Source of the DNA: Mobula birostris
Lineage: Eukaryota
DNA: 64,000 nt
Assembly (NCBI RefSeq): GCF_030028105.1
Contig: NC_092393.1
Coordinates: 52,896,125-52,960,124, forward strand
Direction: 5' to 3'
A model generated the notes under the pieces. That model did not search any database, was not told the origin of the DNA, and saw only the letters and a program-made list of their open reading frames with translations. Made by a program: the position numbers and the translations under genes. Shown piece after piece: positions 48,901 to 62,084 of this stretch. The stretch's first letter is position 1, and every line of letters starts with the position of its first letter.

Positions 48901-49764
48901 ATATAAAATGTAAAATAAACTCCAGAAACAGGCTGGCTAGGAAGTTCATTGGCCACTTTAAATGTCTCCTTTTGTAGTTAGGTGAAGCAAGAATCAGAAG
49001 GGTGTTGATGGGCTTGTGAGAAAGAATAGGTTGTGGGGTTGTTTGAGAGTTGGGAGCAATATTGCCTTAACTGCCATGAGAAATGTGTGAAGTGAAATGC
49101 TAAGATTGCTCTGAGACCTGGCATTGAGAATGGATCGAATAATGGCCTCCTGAGTTACATGAAAATATGGGAAAATATAATAGTTTGTAAACCAAGCAAT
49201 GTTAGATTGTATTTATGTATAATGTGACAAGCATTTCTCTAAGCATCTCTGTTCGATTTTCTTGAAGAACATGGGACTGTAGTGTAGTCACTAGTGATTC
49301 ATTTTGCTCTCCAAGCCTCAACCACTGTATGAATGATGGCCATTTATTTACAGTGAATGCAAGCTACTGTCATTAAAGTTGTATTTCTATTGTTTCTGTG
49401 CAATAAGCAATGTACTTTGTGCCTCAAAACTCAATTAAAATTATGTCCAGAATTGTTCCGTGAGATACAAGCCATGTATTCCTATTCGAGCAATATAGAA
49501 AGCTCAAGGCTCACTAACTGGCTTTCAGTGTGTCTCTCAGTGCTACATAAGCACTCAAGTATTCTGAGCGGAAGACAGTCAGCTACTGTTTGTAGATACT
49601 TAATGAACAATGTGAGCACCACAGACAATACCAATTATCTCTTTCCTTTGATCTGCAGCTTCCCTCAAATTAATGTAATCATTATCTGTATTTTGCTTTA
49701 CGAAAAGAAACTGAAACACTTGAAGTGCACACTTACTTTGTTCAGCGTCTTGGCATTTCGAACC

Positions 49765-52190
49765 TGGAACAATACAGCATGGGAACACGTTCTTCAGCTC
49801 CCAATGTTGTGCTGAACCAACTACAAAGTATACCAAAACCCCCTCTGGGAAGAACTAATCCCTCCCACCCACACAATGTCCACATCCCTTCATCTTCCTT
49901 TCAATCATGTGTTGATCTAAAAGCCTCTGATGCATTTGCCTCTGCCACCATACCATGCAGTGCATTCCAGGCATCCATCACTCTGAGTAAAAAAAACTTA
50001 CCCTCACATTCCCTTAGAACCTACCCCTCACACCTTCGATGCATGCCCTCTGGTATTAGACATTCCTAACCTGGGAGAAGGATATTCCCTGTCTGTGCCT
50101 CTCATAATCTTGTAAACCTCTATCAGATCTCCCCTCAGCTTCCGCCGCTCCAAAGAAAGCAACGCAAGTTAGTCCAGCCTGTCATGACAGCACCTGCCCT
50201 CTAAACCAGGCAGCATTCTGATAAGTCTCTTCTGCACCCTCTCCAAAGCCTCAACATCCTTTAGTGGGGCAACCAGAACCATATGCAATCCTTCAGATGT
50301 GGCTTAACCAGACTTTTATAGAGTTGCAACATAATTTCTTGACTTTTGAACTCTATGCCTCAACTAATAAAAGCAAGCAGTCCATAAGCCTTCTTAACCA
50401 CCTTATCAATCTGCGTAGCCACTTTCAAGGAGCTATGAACTTGGATCCCAAGATCTCTCTGCTCAGCAACACTGTTAAGGATCTTGTCAACGGTGTACGG
50501 TCTCCTTGCATTTGCCCCATCAAGGTGCAACACCTCACATTTATCTGGGTTAAACTCCATCTGCCAATTCTCTGCCCATATATGAGATTGATCTATAATC
50601 AAGTTGTATTCTTTGCCAGTCTTCTACACTATTCACAGCTCCACCGATCTTGGTATCATCTGCAAATTTACTAACCCACCAACTATATTTTCATCCAGAT
50701 CATTTACATACATCACTAACAGCAGAGGTCCCTGAGCAGATCTCTGCAGAAGACCGCTAATTGCAGACCTCCAGCTCAAATGAGTTCCTTCAACCATTAC
50801 CCCATTTTCCATTTGCAGGCCGGTTCTGAATCCAAACGGTCAGTTCACTGCAGATCCCATGCATCTTAATCTTATGGATTAGCTTCCCATAAGGAACTAT
50901 CAAACATCTTATTAAATCCAGGTAGACAACATCCACTGCCCTACCGCCATCAACCTCTGTCATCACCTTGTCAAAAAACTTAATCAAGTTGATAAGACGT
51001 GACCTGCCCCACACAAAGCCTTTCTGGCTCTCCCTAATTAGGCCATGGGTTTTTCAACGCTCATATATCCAATCCCTAAGAATTTTCTCCACCGATTTCC
51101 CTACGACTGACATGAGACTCACCAGTCTATAGTTTCCAGGATTTTCCCTTCTTCCCTTTATATATAGAGGTACAACATTAGACACTCACCAGTCCTCCAG
51201 GACTTTGCCTGTGGCTAGAAAAGACATGAAGATACTGGTCAAGGACCCAGCAATCTTGTCTCTTGCCTCCTTCAATAACCTGGGTTAAATCCCATCTTGC
51301 CCTGGGGACTTATCCATCTTAATATCATCAGGATCCCCAGCATTTCCTCCTCCTAGTTATATTTATACACTCAGCACTGATCTCCTCGTCCTCCATGTCC
51401 TTTTCTTTGGTAAGTACTAAAGCAAAGTACTTATTAAATACCTCGCTCACGTTCTCTGCATCCAAGCAAATGTTCCTCTCTTTATCCTTGAGTGGTCCTA
51501 CCCTCTTCTTAGTTATCCTCTTGCTCTTGACCAACGTATAGAATGCCTTGGGAGTTCACCTTAATCCTATCTGCCAAAGACTTTTCATGTCTCCTCCTGG
51601 CTTTCCTAATTCCCTTCTTTTGTTCTTTTCTAGCTTCTTTATAATCCATACGTGCTTTGTTTGATCCTAACTTCTGAAACTTTACATTTCCTTTTTCTTC
51701 ATGACTAAGTTCATCACCTCTCTGGCCATCCAAGGATCTCTTGTCTTTCCATCTTTGTCCTTCTTTCTAACAGGAACTTACCTTTCTTGTACTCTGTGCA
51801 CTTGACCTTTAAACACCCTGCACATACCTGGTATGGACTTGTTACCCAATTAATGCTTCTTAGTTCCTGCCTAATGTAATTTGCCCTCCTCCAATTTAAA
51901 ACTCTCCCACAAGGACCATACCTATCTATCTATAGCTATCTTGAAAGTTTAGGTGTTGTGGTCACTGTTCCCTAACTGCTCACCCGTTGAAAGGTCAGTC
52001 ACCTGGCCAGGCTCATTACCCAATACCAGGTTCAGTACAGCCCCTCCTCTAGCCGGACCATCCGCATATTGATTTAATAAACCTTCATGGATACCCTTAA
52101 ATTCTGCCCCATCTAAGGTCCCAGCTTATATTAGGGAAGTTGAAATCCTCAGAGACAACAATCATATTATTTTTACACATTTCCTTAATC
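49765..52190 (-). mobile_element. Long CR1 LINE ORF2 remnant (endonuclease end, RT, tail)
   Basis: WAENWQMEFNPDKCEVLH, RAVDVVYLD, RVGPLKDK, EQLGNSDHN-like endonuclease end near 51960. Confidence 0.9.
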
Positions 52191-53611
52191 TGTTTATTGT
52201 TCAGGGCTTCTGAGCAAAATTGCTTTAGCTGCCATGAGAAATTACATTTTTTTTGCAGGTCCTAGTTAAAAGTTAAGGGCCCTGTTTGTGGCATGTTCAT
52301 GGTGTTAGCCAAGTGCTAGGCAGAGTCCCATTGAGTGGGAATTCCTTGTATGCAATTGCACACCATAACACTTTGAGATCTTAACTCAGTAACAAAGGGA
52401 CTTAGATGGGTAGAGACTATAATTTGTTGCATGGGTCTTAATTCAAATGTATATGGGCTAAGTACGTTTTCTCCTTCTGTTACCCTACCTCCCCTTGAAT
52501 CTTCACACTCCAGTTCTCCATGTTACCAGACCCCTTCACTCTAAGTATTAGGCCCTCAGTCCCTCATTCCACTCTCTCACAAGTCCCCAAGTCCCCAAAC
52601 TGCAACACTTATACCAGCCTCCTCCCCTCTGGGCTCATCTATCCATGTTGCTGACTGGAGAACACCTGTGCATGACTTTGTTTGACGTGGGGAGGCGAGG
52701 TGCACGAGCAACCACCACATGGTCCTTGATCACGGTCAGGATCCAGTGGTATGAAATGTGAAATGACTGAGGACCCTTCTCTGCTGCAGCCTTCCTCCAC
52801 CTTCAGAGTCATTGTGATGTGTCATCATCTTCCGCCAGCTCCCCCACTGAGGTCTTGGTTGGATCACTCTCTATCTCGAACCTTCCCCTTGAACTTACCA
52901 CCATGGGTGACCCTACCAGGAGCTAGGCTCCAGCAGGTATCACTCACGGGATCTTAGGGACTCACAAGCCTCTCCACCACGACAAGGTGATGATTATCAA
53001 AGAAGATATTGACAACTAACTCTCACTATCTTCATACCTACTGCAAGTTGTAAATCTGATTGTTACTATTGTCAGTGCAGTAATATTTTGTTGTAACTTG
53101 GCATAAATCCCACCTGCTCACGTGTAAGTTTTGCTTTAGGACCAAACTCATTTGGTAAAATCACGTTCTCCGTTATTGTGAAATGAACCAAATATTAGAC
53201 ATGTAGTCAGAAACTACATCACAATATACCATTTAAGAAAAAGTGGTGGCACTGCCATTAACAACAGAATAATCCCGTTGGATCATTGAATTTCACGTCT
53301 TGCTCCTAATGCCCAGAATGTGGTCCTGGATGCTATTTCTCTCCTGTACCGTCTGCCTGTCTAGTGATTTCTGTGGAACATGATGAAAATCAGTGGCCTC
53401 CCATTTCCCTCTACGCCTATCGTTACCCCAGTCACATCCTGCACCGTGCACTTGTTGGGATTAACTGCTGAATCCCTATATCTGACTGCTTAATAGATAA
53501 AAATAATTGGCTGTAACTAGTAAGCTTAAACACGGGAAATAGTACTCAAACCGTTGATTCCTGTCGCTGGTAAGATTGAGTGCTAGAACAATGAATGAAG
53601 ATAGCTGAGCT

Positions 53612-53895
53612 GGCATGGCAGTGTGGTTTACAGCGCATTAGTTGTAAGACTGGGGTTCAATTCCCACTGCTCTCTGTAAGGAGTTTGTATGTTCTCACCT
53701 TGACTTTGTGGGTTCCCCCCACATTCCAATGACATACAGTATCATTAGGCTGAGTGAGTGTGGGCATGCTGTGTTAGCTCCAGAAACATGGTAATACCTG
53801 CAGGCTGCCCAGCCCAGTCCTTGCTGATTTGATTTGATGTCAACAGCGCATTTACTGTAAGTTTTGATGTAGATGTGACAAATAAAGCTAATCTT
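53612..53895 (+). mobile_element. V-SINE-type tRNA SINE
   Basis: ggggttcaattccc B-box; ctgtaaggagtttgtatgttctc. Confidence 0.75.
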
Positions 53896-55459
53896 CAATA
53901 TTTTCATCTTGGACCATTTAAAGAGAAACTTTATCATAGCTAAGGAAATAACTAACCTCAATTTACTATGAAAGATGTGAAAGGTGAAGCAAGGTGAGGT
54001 AGAAGTTTAGTAGATGGGGGAAGGGAGGGATAAAGTAAGAAGTTGGGAGGTGATAGGTGGAAAAGTTAAAGGGCTGAAGAAGAATGAGCCTATTAGGAGA
54101 GGAAAGTGGACCTTGGGAGAAAGGGAAAGAGAATGGGCACCAGAGGGAGGTGATGGACAAGCATTCACTATTTATTCCTCTTCATCAATGCTGCCTGACC
54201 TGCTTAGTTCCTCCAGCCATTTGTGTGTGTGTGTGTTGATCTGGATTTCCAGCATCTGCAGAATCTCATATGTTGACAAACTTGGCAGGTAGTGCTGACC
54301 AGATGCCTGTATATTCCTTTTCCACATATCTAACAGGGAGGAAAAAAAAACAGAATGAAAGAGCAAAGTACAGCAGAACATTGCTGTGCATTAAGAAAAG
54401 GAAATATGGCAGTGCAGATGCTGGCTTCCTTTATTGAAGCCCCTCAGTATTTTAGGAGCAACTTCTTCCCCTCCGCCATCAGATTTCTGAATTGACAGTG
54501 AACCAACACCTGAACACTACCTCCCTATTTTAACTCTTCTTGCATTTTTAATTTATTGTTTATCTATATTTCTTATTGTACTTTATAGTTATTATGTATT
54601 GCATTTACTGCTGACACAAAACTACAAATTTCATGACATAAGTCAGTGATATTAAATGTGATTCTAATTCTGACAACTCTATTGACCATAATTGCAGTGT
54701 ACATACAATAGATTTTAAAATCAGTGTAGAGGCAATCTTTTTCCTCTTACAAGAGAAATCAATATTGTTTCTGTGGAATCGTGTTCTTATCAACTAGATA
54801 ATGTTTACTGATGGGCAGAACATGGGATGTTTTAAGTACAGGGGCAATTTGTGTTTTTTTTCTCATTTTATCACATGTTTCAATTGAGCTTCATGCTGCC
54901 ATTATTGTAGTTATGTGCTTGCTAATGCAAGTTTTAATAGTAGCTTATTCTAGTCATCTCTAATGTATAAATATTGCGATTCGTGATACAGAAAAAATGG
55001 ACTAATTCTTACTATGTCAGAAATTGCATTTACTGTACATTTAAATTTAGTGTTACAAGCTAGATTTATAGAAGCAAAGTTAAATTCAAAAATTAGCTAT
55101 TTACATCAAATGAGTCAGGAGTGAAATGAATGTAGATATGCCAGCAATTCTTTTTTAAATTAGTTTTAAGTATCTCAAAGGTTCAGTATGTCAAAGACTG
55201 ATTTGCATTGTTAATTAGAGGAGAAAGTGCAGATGAGAGCACCCTGGTCATTGTCCCTCAGTTGGACTCACTTTCTTTACCAACTATCTTCATTTCATAT
55301 CAATCAAGGCAACTATTCAAGATGCAAGATTGTTTATTATCATTTCCTGTACACAAGTGTAAAAGGAACAGAATAATTCTTACTCCAGATCCGATGCAGC
55401 TCAAAAAAAGGACACAAAAGATACTTCCTACAAAGCGAAACTGAACGTCATGAATGGCG

Positions 55460-56175
55460 GTGATGCTTCATTCCCAGATAAGCTCAATGCCTTTAATCCA
55501 TGCTTTGAAAGGGAGAATAAAACTCCCTGCAGCACCTGGTGACCCAGTGATAGCTGTCTTGGAGGCCGATATCAGGCTGTTTTCAAGAGGGTGAACTATC
55601 GTAAGGAGACAGGCCCCGATGAAGTACCCAGTAGGGCTCTGAAAACCTGTGCCAACCAACTGGCAGGGGCGTTCAAAGACATTTTTAATCTCTCATTGCT
55701 ACAGTCAGAAGTTCCCACCTGCTTCAGAAGAGCAACAATTATACCAGTTGCCTAGAAGAGCAGGGTGAGCTGCATTAATGCCTATCGTCCAGTAGCACTC
55801 AAATCTACAATGATAAGGTGCTTTGAGAGATTGGTTATGGCTGGAATTAACTCCTGTCTCAGCAGGTACCAAGACCCACTCTAGTTTGCATATCGCCACG
55901 ATAGGTCTATGATGGATGTGATCTCAGTGGCTCTTCCCATAGCTTTGGTCACCTGGACATGTATGTCCGTGTGCTGTTTATTGACTATAGCTCAGTGTTT
56001 AACACAATTATTCCTACAGTTCTGATTTTAAAACCTCCAAAACGTGAGCCTCTCTCTATCCCTCTGCAACTAGACCCTCGACTTCCTAACCAGAAGACCT
56101 CGATCTGTGTGGATCAGAAATAAGACCTGCACCTCGCTGATATCATCACTTAGGGATGTGTGCTGAGCCCATCAT
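55460..56175 (+). mobile_element. Rex1/Babar internal RT fragment
   Basis: Similar to 37025-37690 (gcctatcgtccagtagcactc, ttgactatagctcagtgtttaacac). Confidence 0.8.
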
Positions 56176-56599
56176 TCTACTTCATGCTCTGACCAATCAA
56201 GAATCTATCAATCTCTGCCTTAAATTTATTTAAAGGCTTGGCCTCCACAGCTGCCTGTGGCAAAGGATTGCGCAGATTCACCACTCTGGCTGAAAAAAAT
56301 TCCTCCTCGTCGCCGCTCTAAAAGGACACCCCTCTATTCTGGGGCTGTATCCTCTGCTGTTAAACTCTCTCACCATAGGAAATGTCCGCTCCCCATTAAC
56401 TCCATCAAGCGTGGAAGTGAAGCCTTTTTACTTAATGTCTTGAATTTTGCCTTGCAAGAACATTTTTCAGAACAGATACAATTTCTTAGTTCACTTTGTT
56501 CATTTCAGTTTTCGTAGCTGGCCTATTATAACAAATTAACTGGAATTTTGGACTGCTCAGCACTTTTCCAATAAAATAGAATAGCTAATAATATAACTA

Positions 56600-56803
56600 A
56601 GACAACACACACAAAATGATGGAGGAACTCAGCAGCCGGGCAGCAGCATCTGTGGAAAAGTGTAAACAGGACTGGTGAAGGGTCTCAGCCTAAAACATTG
56701 ACTGTTTACTCTTCTCCATAGACCCTCCTGACCTGCTGAGTTCCTCCAGCATTTTATGTGTGTTATTCTGAAATTCCAGCATCTGCACAATCTCTCGTGT
56801 TTA
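56600..56803. mobile_element. Penelope-derived hairpin element about 90 bp upstream of the RPTOR acceptor
   Basis: ggaggaactcagcag / ctgctgagttcctcc inverted arms; degenerate hammerhead ctggtgaagggtctcagcctaaaacattgactg. Confidence 0.8.
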
Positions 56804-56892
56804 CAGTTAGTGCCAGCTAATATTTTGATCTTTGCTGCGTGAATTTGTCACCGTATTAAAATGTGACTCCTTTTCTGACTATTTCCATGCAG

Positions 56893-56996
56893 GCTACAGT
56901 TAATGCCCGACCACAGCGCATCCTGGACTCCACAAACCTTACCCAGTCAGCACCAGCCAGCCCTACCAGTAAGGGAGCACTCATTCATCAAGTTGG
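56893..56996 (+). CDS. RPTOR: Next Raptor coding exon (104 bp): ATVNARPQRILDSTNLTQSAPASPTSKGALIHQV(G)
   Basis: Continues the previous exon in phase 0 and matches recalled Raptor ATVNARPQRVLDTSSLTQSAPASPTNKG; acceptor ctgactatttccatgcAG, donor GG|GTAAGT. Confidence 0.96.
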
Positions 56997-57974
56997 GTAA
57001 GTTATCGAGTTGGGGTGAGTAACTCTTTGAGATAATACATTCTCACAACGGTTTGTATATGCCAGGGCATTTTGTATTTAGTTTATTCCAGAGTTTGCAA
57101 CCAAAGTAATTTTGCCCATGGGTAGATGAGTATTCATATTGAGATACACCGAAAATTTTGTCCCTTCCTATAGTCTAAGAAAGGTCTGATTTTTCAGAGG
57201 TTTGTAGTGTGTTTTAAGTCTTGGTATCCAGTCCCATTCACATATTTCCAGTGGCATGTCTGTTTCCAGGTATATACAAATGTTATGAGTCGCAATTAAA
57301 GTAGCAGTAGTAACATTTTGCAAAAATGAGTTTCTAACTTTCCAGTTTGGTTGCTGTTGCCTGAAATGTCTGTCAGTCTAAGTTACATCTGTTTATAGAT
57401 ATTTCAGTTTCTCTCTCTTCCAGGTCAATGCCATTTACCCCACCCCAATTCTGCCTCGTCCCATCATTGCTACCTGTTCTGTGAGGCTGATAAGGTTTTG
57501 TCCATGCTTTCTCACTTAGACCATAAGACAGGGGAGCAGAGGTGTGCCATTCGGCCCATCGAGCCTGCTCCACCGTTCCATCGTGGCTGATTTATTATCC
57601 CCCTCAACCCCATTCATCTGCCTTCTTCCCATCACCTTTGATGCCCTTGCTAATCAAGAACCTGTCAGCCACCGTTTTAAATATACTCTCTGGTCAATTC
57701 TCCACCCTCTTGTTACAGAAATACCACATTGCTGTTCTAAGGGGACTTTACCATATCTGTTGGTTTCTTCCTATCTTTTTGCACAGTGTGGAGTGCCAGC
57801 CACTGCATCTTCATATTTCTCCTCCATCTTGCATCCTAAGCTGTTCCTCATACCGCAGCATACCCATTCCCTGCTCCTACCATATTTAAACCACAGCCTA
57901 ATGTCTTTCATTTGGCCTCTTGTCCCTCTGTTATTTTCATTGGTGCAAGGAAGATGGCACAGAGGCACAGGAGC

Positions 57975-59312
57975 ATTGTCATAGCAAAGCAGCATCCTTC
58001 ATCAAAACCCTCACCATCCAGGCAGTGTCCTCTTCACACTGCTGCCATCAGGATGGAGGTACAGGAGCCTTGGGTCCCACATCACCAGGTTCAGGAACTA
58101 TCAGCTTTCAACTATCAGGCTCCTGAACCTGTATCAATAACTTTGCTCACCCCAACACTGAGCTCCCATCTGAGCCCATCTACAAGGAGTGCTGCCACAA
58201 GAAAGCAACATCATCATCAGGGCCCCCAGCATCCAACCCGTACTCTCCTCTCATTGCTGCCATCACACCAAGTTCAGGAACAGTTACTACCATCAAGCTC
58301 TCGAAACAACATCAGTAACTTCACTTGCCTCATCACTGAACTGATTCTGCAGTCTACAGACTCACAAGGACTCTATAACACATGTTCTCAGTATTTTATT
58401 ATTTATTATTATTATTAATACTATTTGTTTTTCTTTTTGTATTTGCACAGTTTGTCTTCATTTGCACATTGGTTGTATGTCAGTCTTTGAGCGTAAACTT
58501 TCATTGATTCTGTGTTGTATCTTTGTTCTGTGAATGCTTGCAAGGAAATGAATCTCAGGATTATATATGGTAACATACATGCTTCGATAAAATTCTTTGA
58601 GCTTTGTGTGGGCAGCACAGAAACAGGGATATGTCAAGCCTTTTCACTTCACCGCTCCACACTATGTCAAATCCGACCTGGAAAATAGGAAACAAAATGG
58701 ATGGAGAAAGGATAGTTGTAAGAGAAACTTTGAAGCTCAGTCAGTAAGCACTTGATTGACTGAGGCTTTCTATTTTCCATGGACCACACACCAGCAGATC
58801 CACTTCTGTACAGTGTGGATTGTTGTACTTGGCAATGCTGGTCATTGAGCATATCTACACAGAGCGCTGACGCAGGAAAGCCGGTCCCCCGCCAGCCAGG
58901 TCATGCTCTCTTTTCTCTGCAGCCACAGGAAGAAGGTACAGGAGTCTCAGGACCCACATCACCTGGTTCAGGAACTGTTATTAACCCTCAACCGTCAGCC
59001 TCTTGAACCAGTGGGGATAACTCTACGTAATTTCACTCTCCCCATCACTGAGCTGTACCCACAACATATGGACTCATTTTCAAGTACTCTTTATCTCATG
59101 CTCTTGGTTTTTATTACTTATTTATTTATTATTATTGTTTCTTTTTCTTTCTTTTCAAATTGCACAGTTTGCTGTCCGTCCTATTGGGCGTGATCGTTCA
59201 CTGATTGTATTGTTTCCTTGATTTACTGGATATGCCCGCAAGAAAAATGAATCTCAGGGTTGAATATCGTGACATATATGTACTTTGATAATAAATTTAC
59301 TTTGAACTTTGA
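57975..59312 (+). mobile_element. Cluster of Rex1/Babar 3' fragments (57975-58605, 58835-59312)
   Basis: Repeated caccaggttcaggaac…tcaggctcctgaacc and aatgaatctcagg…actttgaactttg tails. Confidence 0.75.
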
Positions 59313-59764
59313 ATCGAGAATCTGTGTTGAGAGCAAAAATGAGAACTTCCTACTTCTGTCTAAATTCAGTAGCTGTTCAGTATCTGATGAACTAAAACTT
59401 TTCTAAGGAGTACTGTTTTCCTTTTACATTAATTCTGGTCTGATTCTAAGCATATGAAAAATTAGTTGGCTAAGCCAAATAGTTTTATTAATCTGGCACC
59501 ATGTGGGCAGAATGACTGATAGTAAAATAAAGTAAATGAATGCTTTATTAATTTAATTTAATTGCAGCCATAGGGCATATTTCATTTTAAGAGCAAATAT
59601 GGCAGTCCCTATCCTATAGTCGGGGTGCCCCATTATTAATAAGTGCTGAAATCGTTTCTTTATAAAGTCCTTACTTCAGGTGAAAATTGTGCAATTAGGA
59701 CAGATTATTTTCATTATATTGTGCAGTTTGTAAGAACAGATGGGTGGGTTCAAATAGGTACAAA

Positions 59765-59957
59765 CTATTCTTCAGACGCTGGAAATCCAGAACAACACAC
59801 GCAAAATGCTGGAGGAACTCAGCAAGCCAAGCAGCATGTATGGAAAAGAATAAAGAATCAATGTTTTGGGCCAAGTTTTGGCCCGAAACATCGACACTTT
59901 ATTCATCTCCATTCATACTTCCTGACCTGTTGAGTTCCTCCAGTATTTTGCGTTTGA
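59765..59957. mobile_element. Degenerate Penelope-derived hairpin element
   Basis: aaaatgctggaggaactcagca / tgttgagttcctccagtatttt arms; ggcccgaaacatcgac remnant. Confidence 0.75.
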
Positions 59958-62084
59958 ACTATTTCATGAGGTTTAACAAAAGGAAGAGCTCGCATCATAA
60001 TCTGTAATACTGAACATCAATTAAGATGGAATAAAAGACTAGTGCAGGTGTGTTTCACTGTGGTAACTGCACTCACTATTTCCACAAAGAATGAAGATTT
60101 ATCAAGATTGCATTGTTTCCAAGTTCACATCATTTTATAGACCAGAGCTGAACTCTGCAGCACACTCCATCTGCCACAGCTTAATGCCCTTTACAAATCC
60201 ACTACCTTCCTCTCGTCTGGGGTACATGCCTTTTTCCACTAATCCTCCCGCAAAGGCTCCTTACCAAAGACCAGCTGGAAAAATTGTCTGTCTTCCCATG
60301 TTTTACGCTGTCAATGAGCCTTCAACATGGCATCAGTTTTTTATGTTTAGAGTAAAAGTGAAGACTGCTGGTCCCATAAATGCCGAACCAGTTTAGCTCA
60401 TTTAAGCCCAGACGTCAAGGAAAAACATGATCAGTAAAACTGGGTATAGAGCCACAAATTGAATGAATTAGGGTCAGGTTTATGTTCGAGCCCAGACAGT
60501 TCAGCCATAAAATATATGAAAATTATGAAAGCATGAGTTTGTGAAATTAATTTTGATGTGCTGGATCCCTGGAGAACATAATAACTGTTGATCATTACTT
60601 TAAGGCTGTTATTTGACATGTACCGGACTCCATTCTGGAGAGAGTCCCCTCGTGTGCGACCTCTGGCAATTTTATTTACTAATTTATAGATACACTACAG
60701 ATTAGGCCCTTCCAGAACTTTGAGTGTGCCACCGGCAATCCCTAGCCTTATCTCAGGATAATTTACTAACTGGTACGTCTTTGAACTGTGGGAGGAAACC
60801 CACACAATCCACGGAGAGGACAGACAAACTGGGATGGTGGAATTAAATTCTGAATTCCAACACCCCGAGCTGTAACAGCATCGTGCTAACTACTACGCTA
60901 CCCTGGAAGCCCAAATTTCATTTCAATGTATTTTATTAAGCATGTGTCCATCACATTAAAATCTGCAGGAATTTGGCAGGCAGTGCTGAATCTTTTGTAT
61001 ACTTCTCCTGTACAATTGAATGAAAAATAAGTCTCTAAAGCGCCCCCCTAATCTTGCACCATTGGGATAAATTGGAAGTTTGCCATTCTTGAACCAAATA
61101 AAGTTTCAAAAACAGTGTATGTTGGAAACACTCAGCTGATCAGGCTGCATCTGTGGAGAGAAAAACAAGAGTTAGCATTACTTATCAAAGATTCTTCATC
61201 AGAAGCCAGTACTTTGCTTTTGTTTCAGATTTTCAGCATCTGCAGCTTTTTGATTTTCATAGAGTGCTTCCGTTGCCGACAAAGCAACCGTTCCACTTCA
61301 GTATCTATAATGCATGTAAGTCTCTGACATAAACACACGATTGAGGAGCTATAAACTGCATCAGATTGTTTGTTGGCGTAATTCTTCCACCACCTTTTAT
61401 CCAAGCAGTGCTGTATTAGTTGCCAAGAATTATTTGTGCCACAAATATAAATAGCTCCTTTGTTCCCTGACTTGAATGTAACTTCTAAAGTCTATTTCAT
61501 GTCTTCACAAGTTTTACTTACATGAAATGATTGTTAAAATAGAAAAAATATTCAGAACTGACAGCAAAACTAACCAAACTTCTTATACAATAATCTTCAT
61601 GGAACTCCAATCCATGCTGTTTGCTCACACATTACCCTTCAGTGGGAGCACCCAGCATCACATCCAGCTCACATAAGTAGGGTAAGCACATTCTTTGGTC
61701 ACTTGCTATAGGACCCCTGTGTGTAATGAGCTCATTGTCTCAACCCAATACGGAAAAGCATTGTTTCAATTCTCTGAATCTACATTAACCTCCACTACTA
61801 CTGATGTTCGTCTCATACATCTCACAGGCCAAACTTTCTCCTGTTGTCTTTATGGAAAAGGACAACCACATTTACCAGCCTCCAGTCATCCAGTCCTTAA
61901 TTAGTGATGTAAAAATCTCAGTCAGAGTCAAGGAGTCTCTCCCCTTCCCTCCCACAGCAGCAAGAGTTTAAGTTTATATGACCATGGATATTTATATACT
62001 AAGGCATTGACCGCCTCTTTATTCACGAAACTTCCACCTTTGTTTTCGCTTCCAGCTACCTTATTATGGAAAGGATGAGGAATC

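Larger units (their letters stand above)
26723..56892 (+). other. RPTOR: RPTOR intron, 30,170 bp, GT-AG, mostly transposon-derived
   Basis: Lies between two exons whose peptides are contiguous (…AYK|ATV…). Confidence 0.9.

Noticed and set aside
49357-49815. 152-aa ORF
   Set aside because: No recognisable domain, AT-rich low-information composition, runs into a CR1 tail
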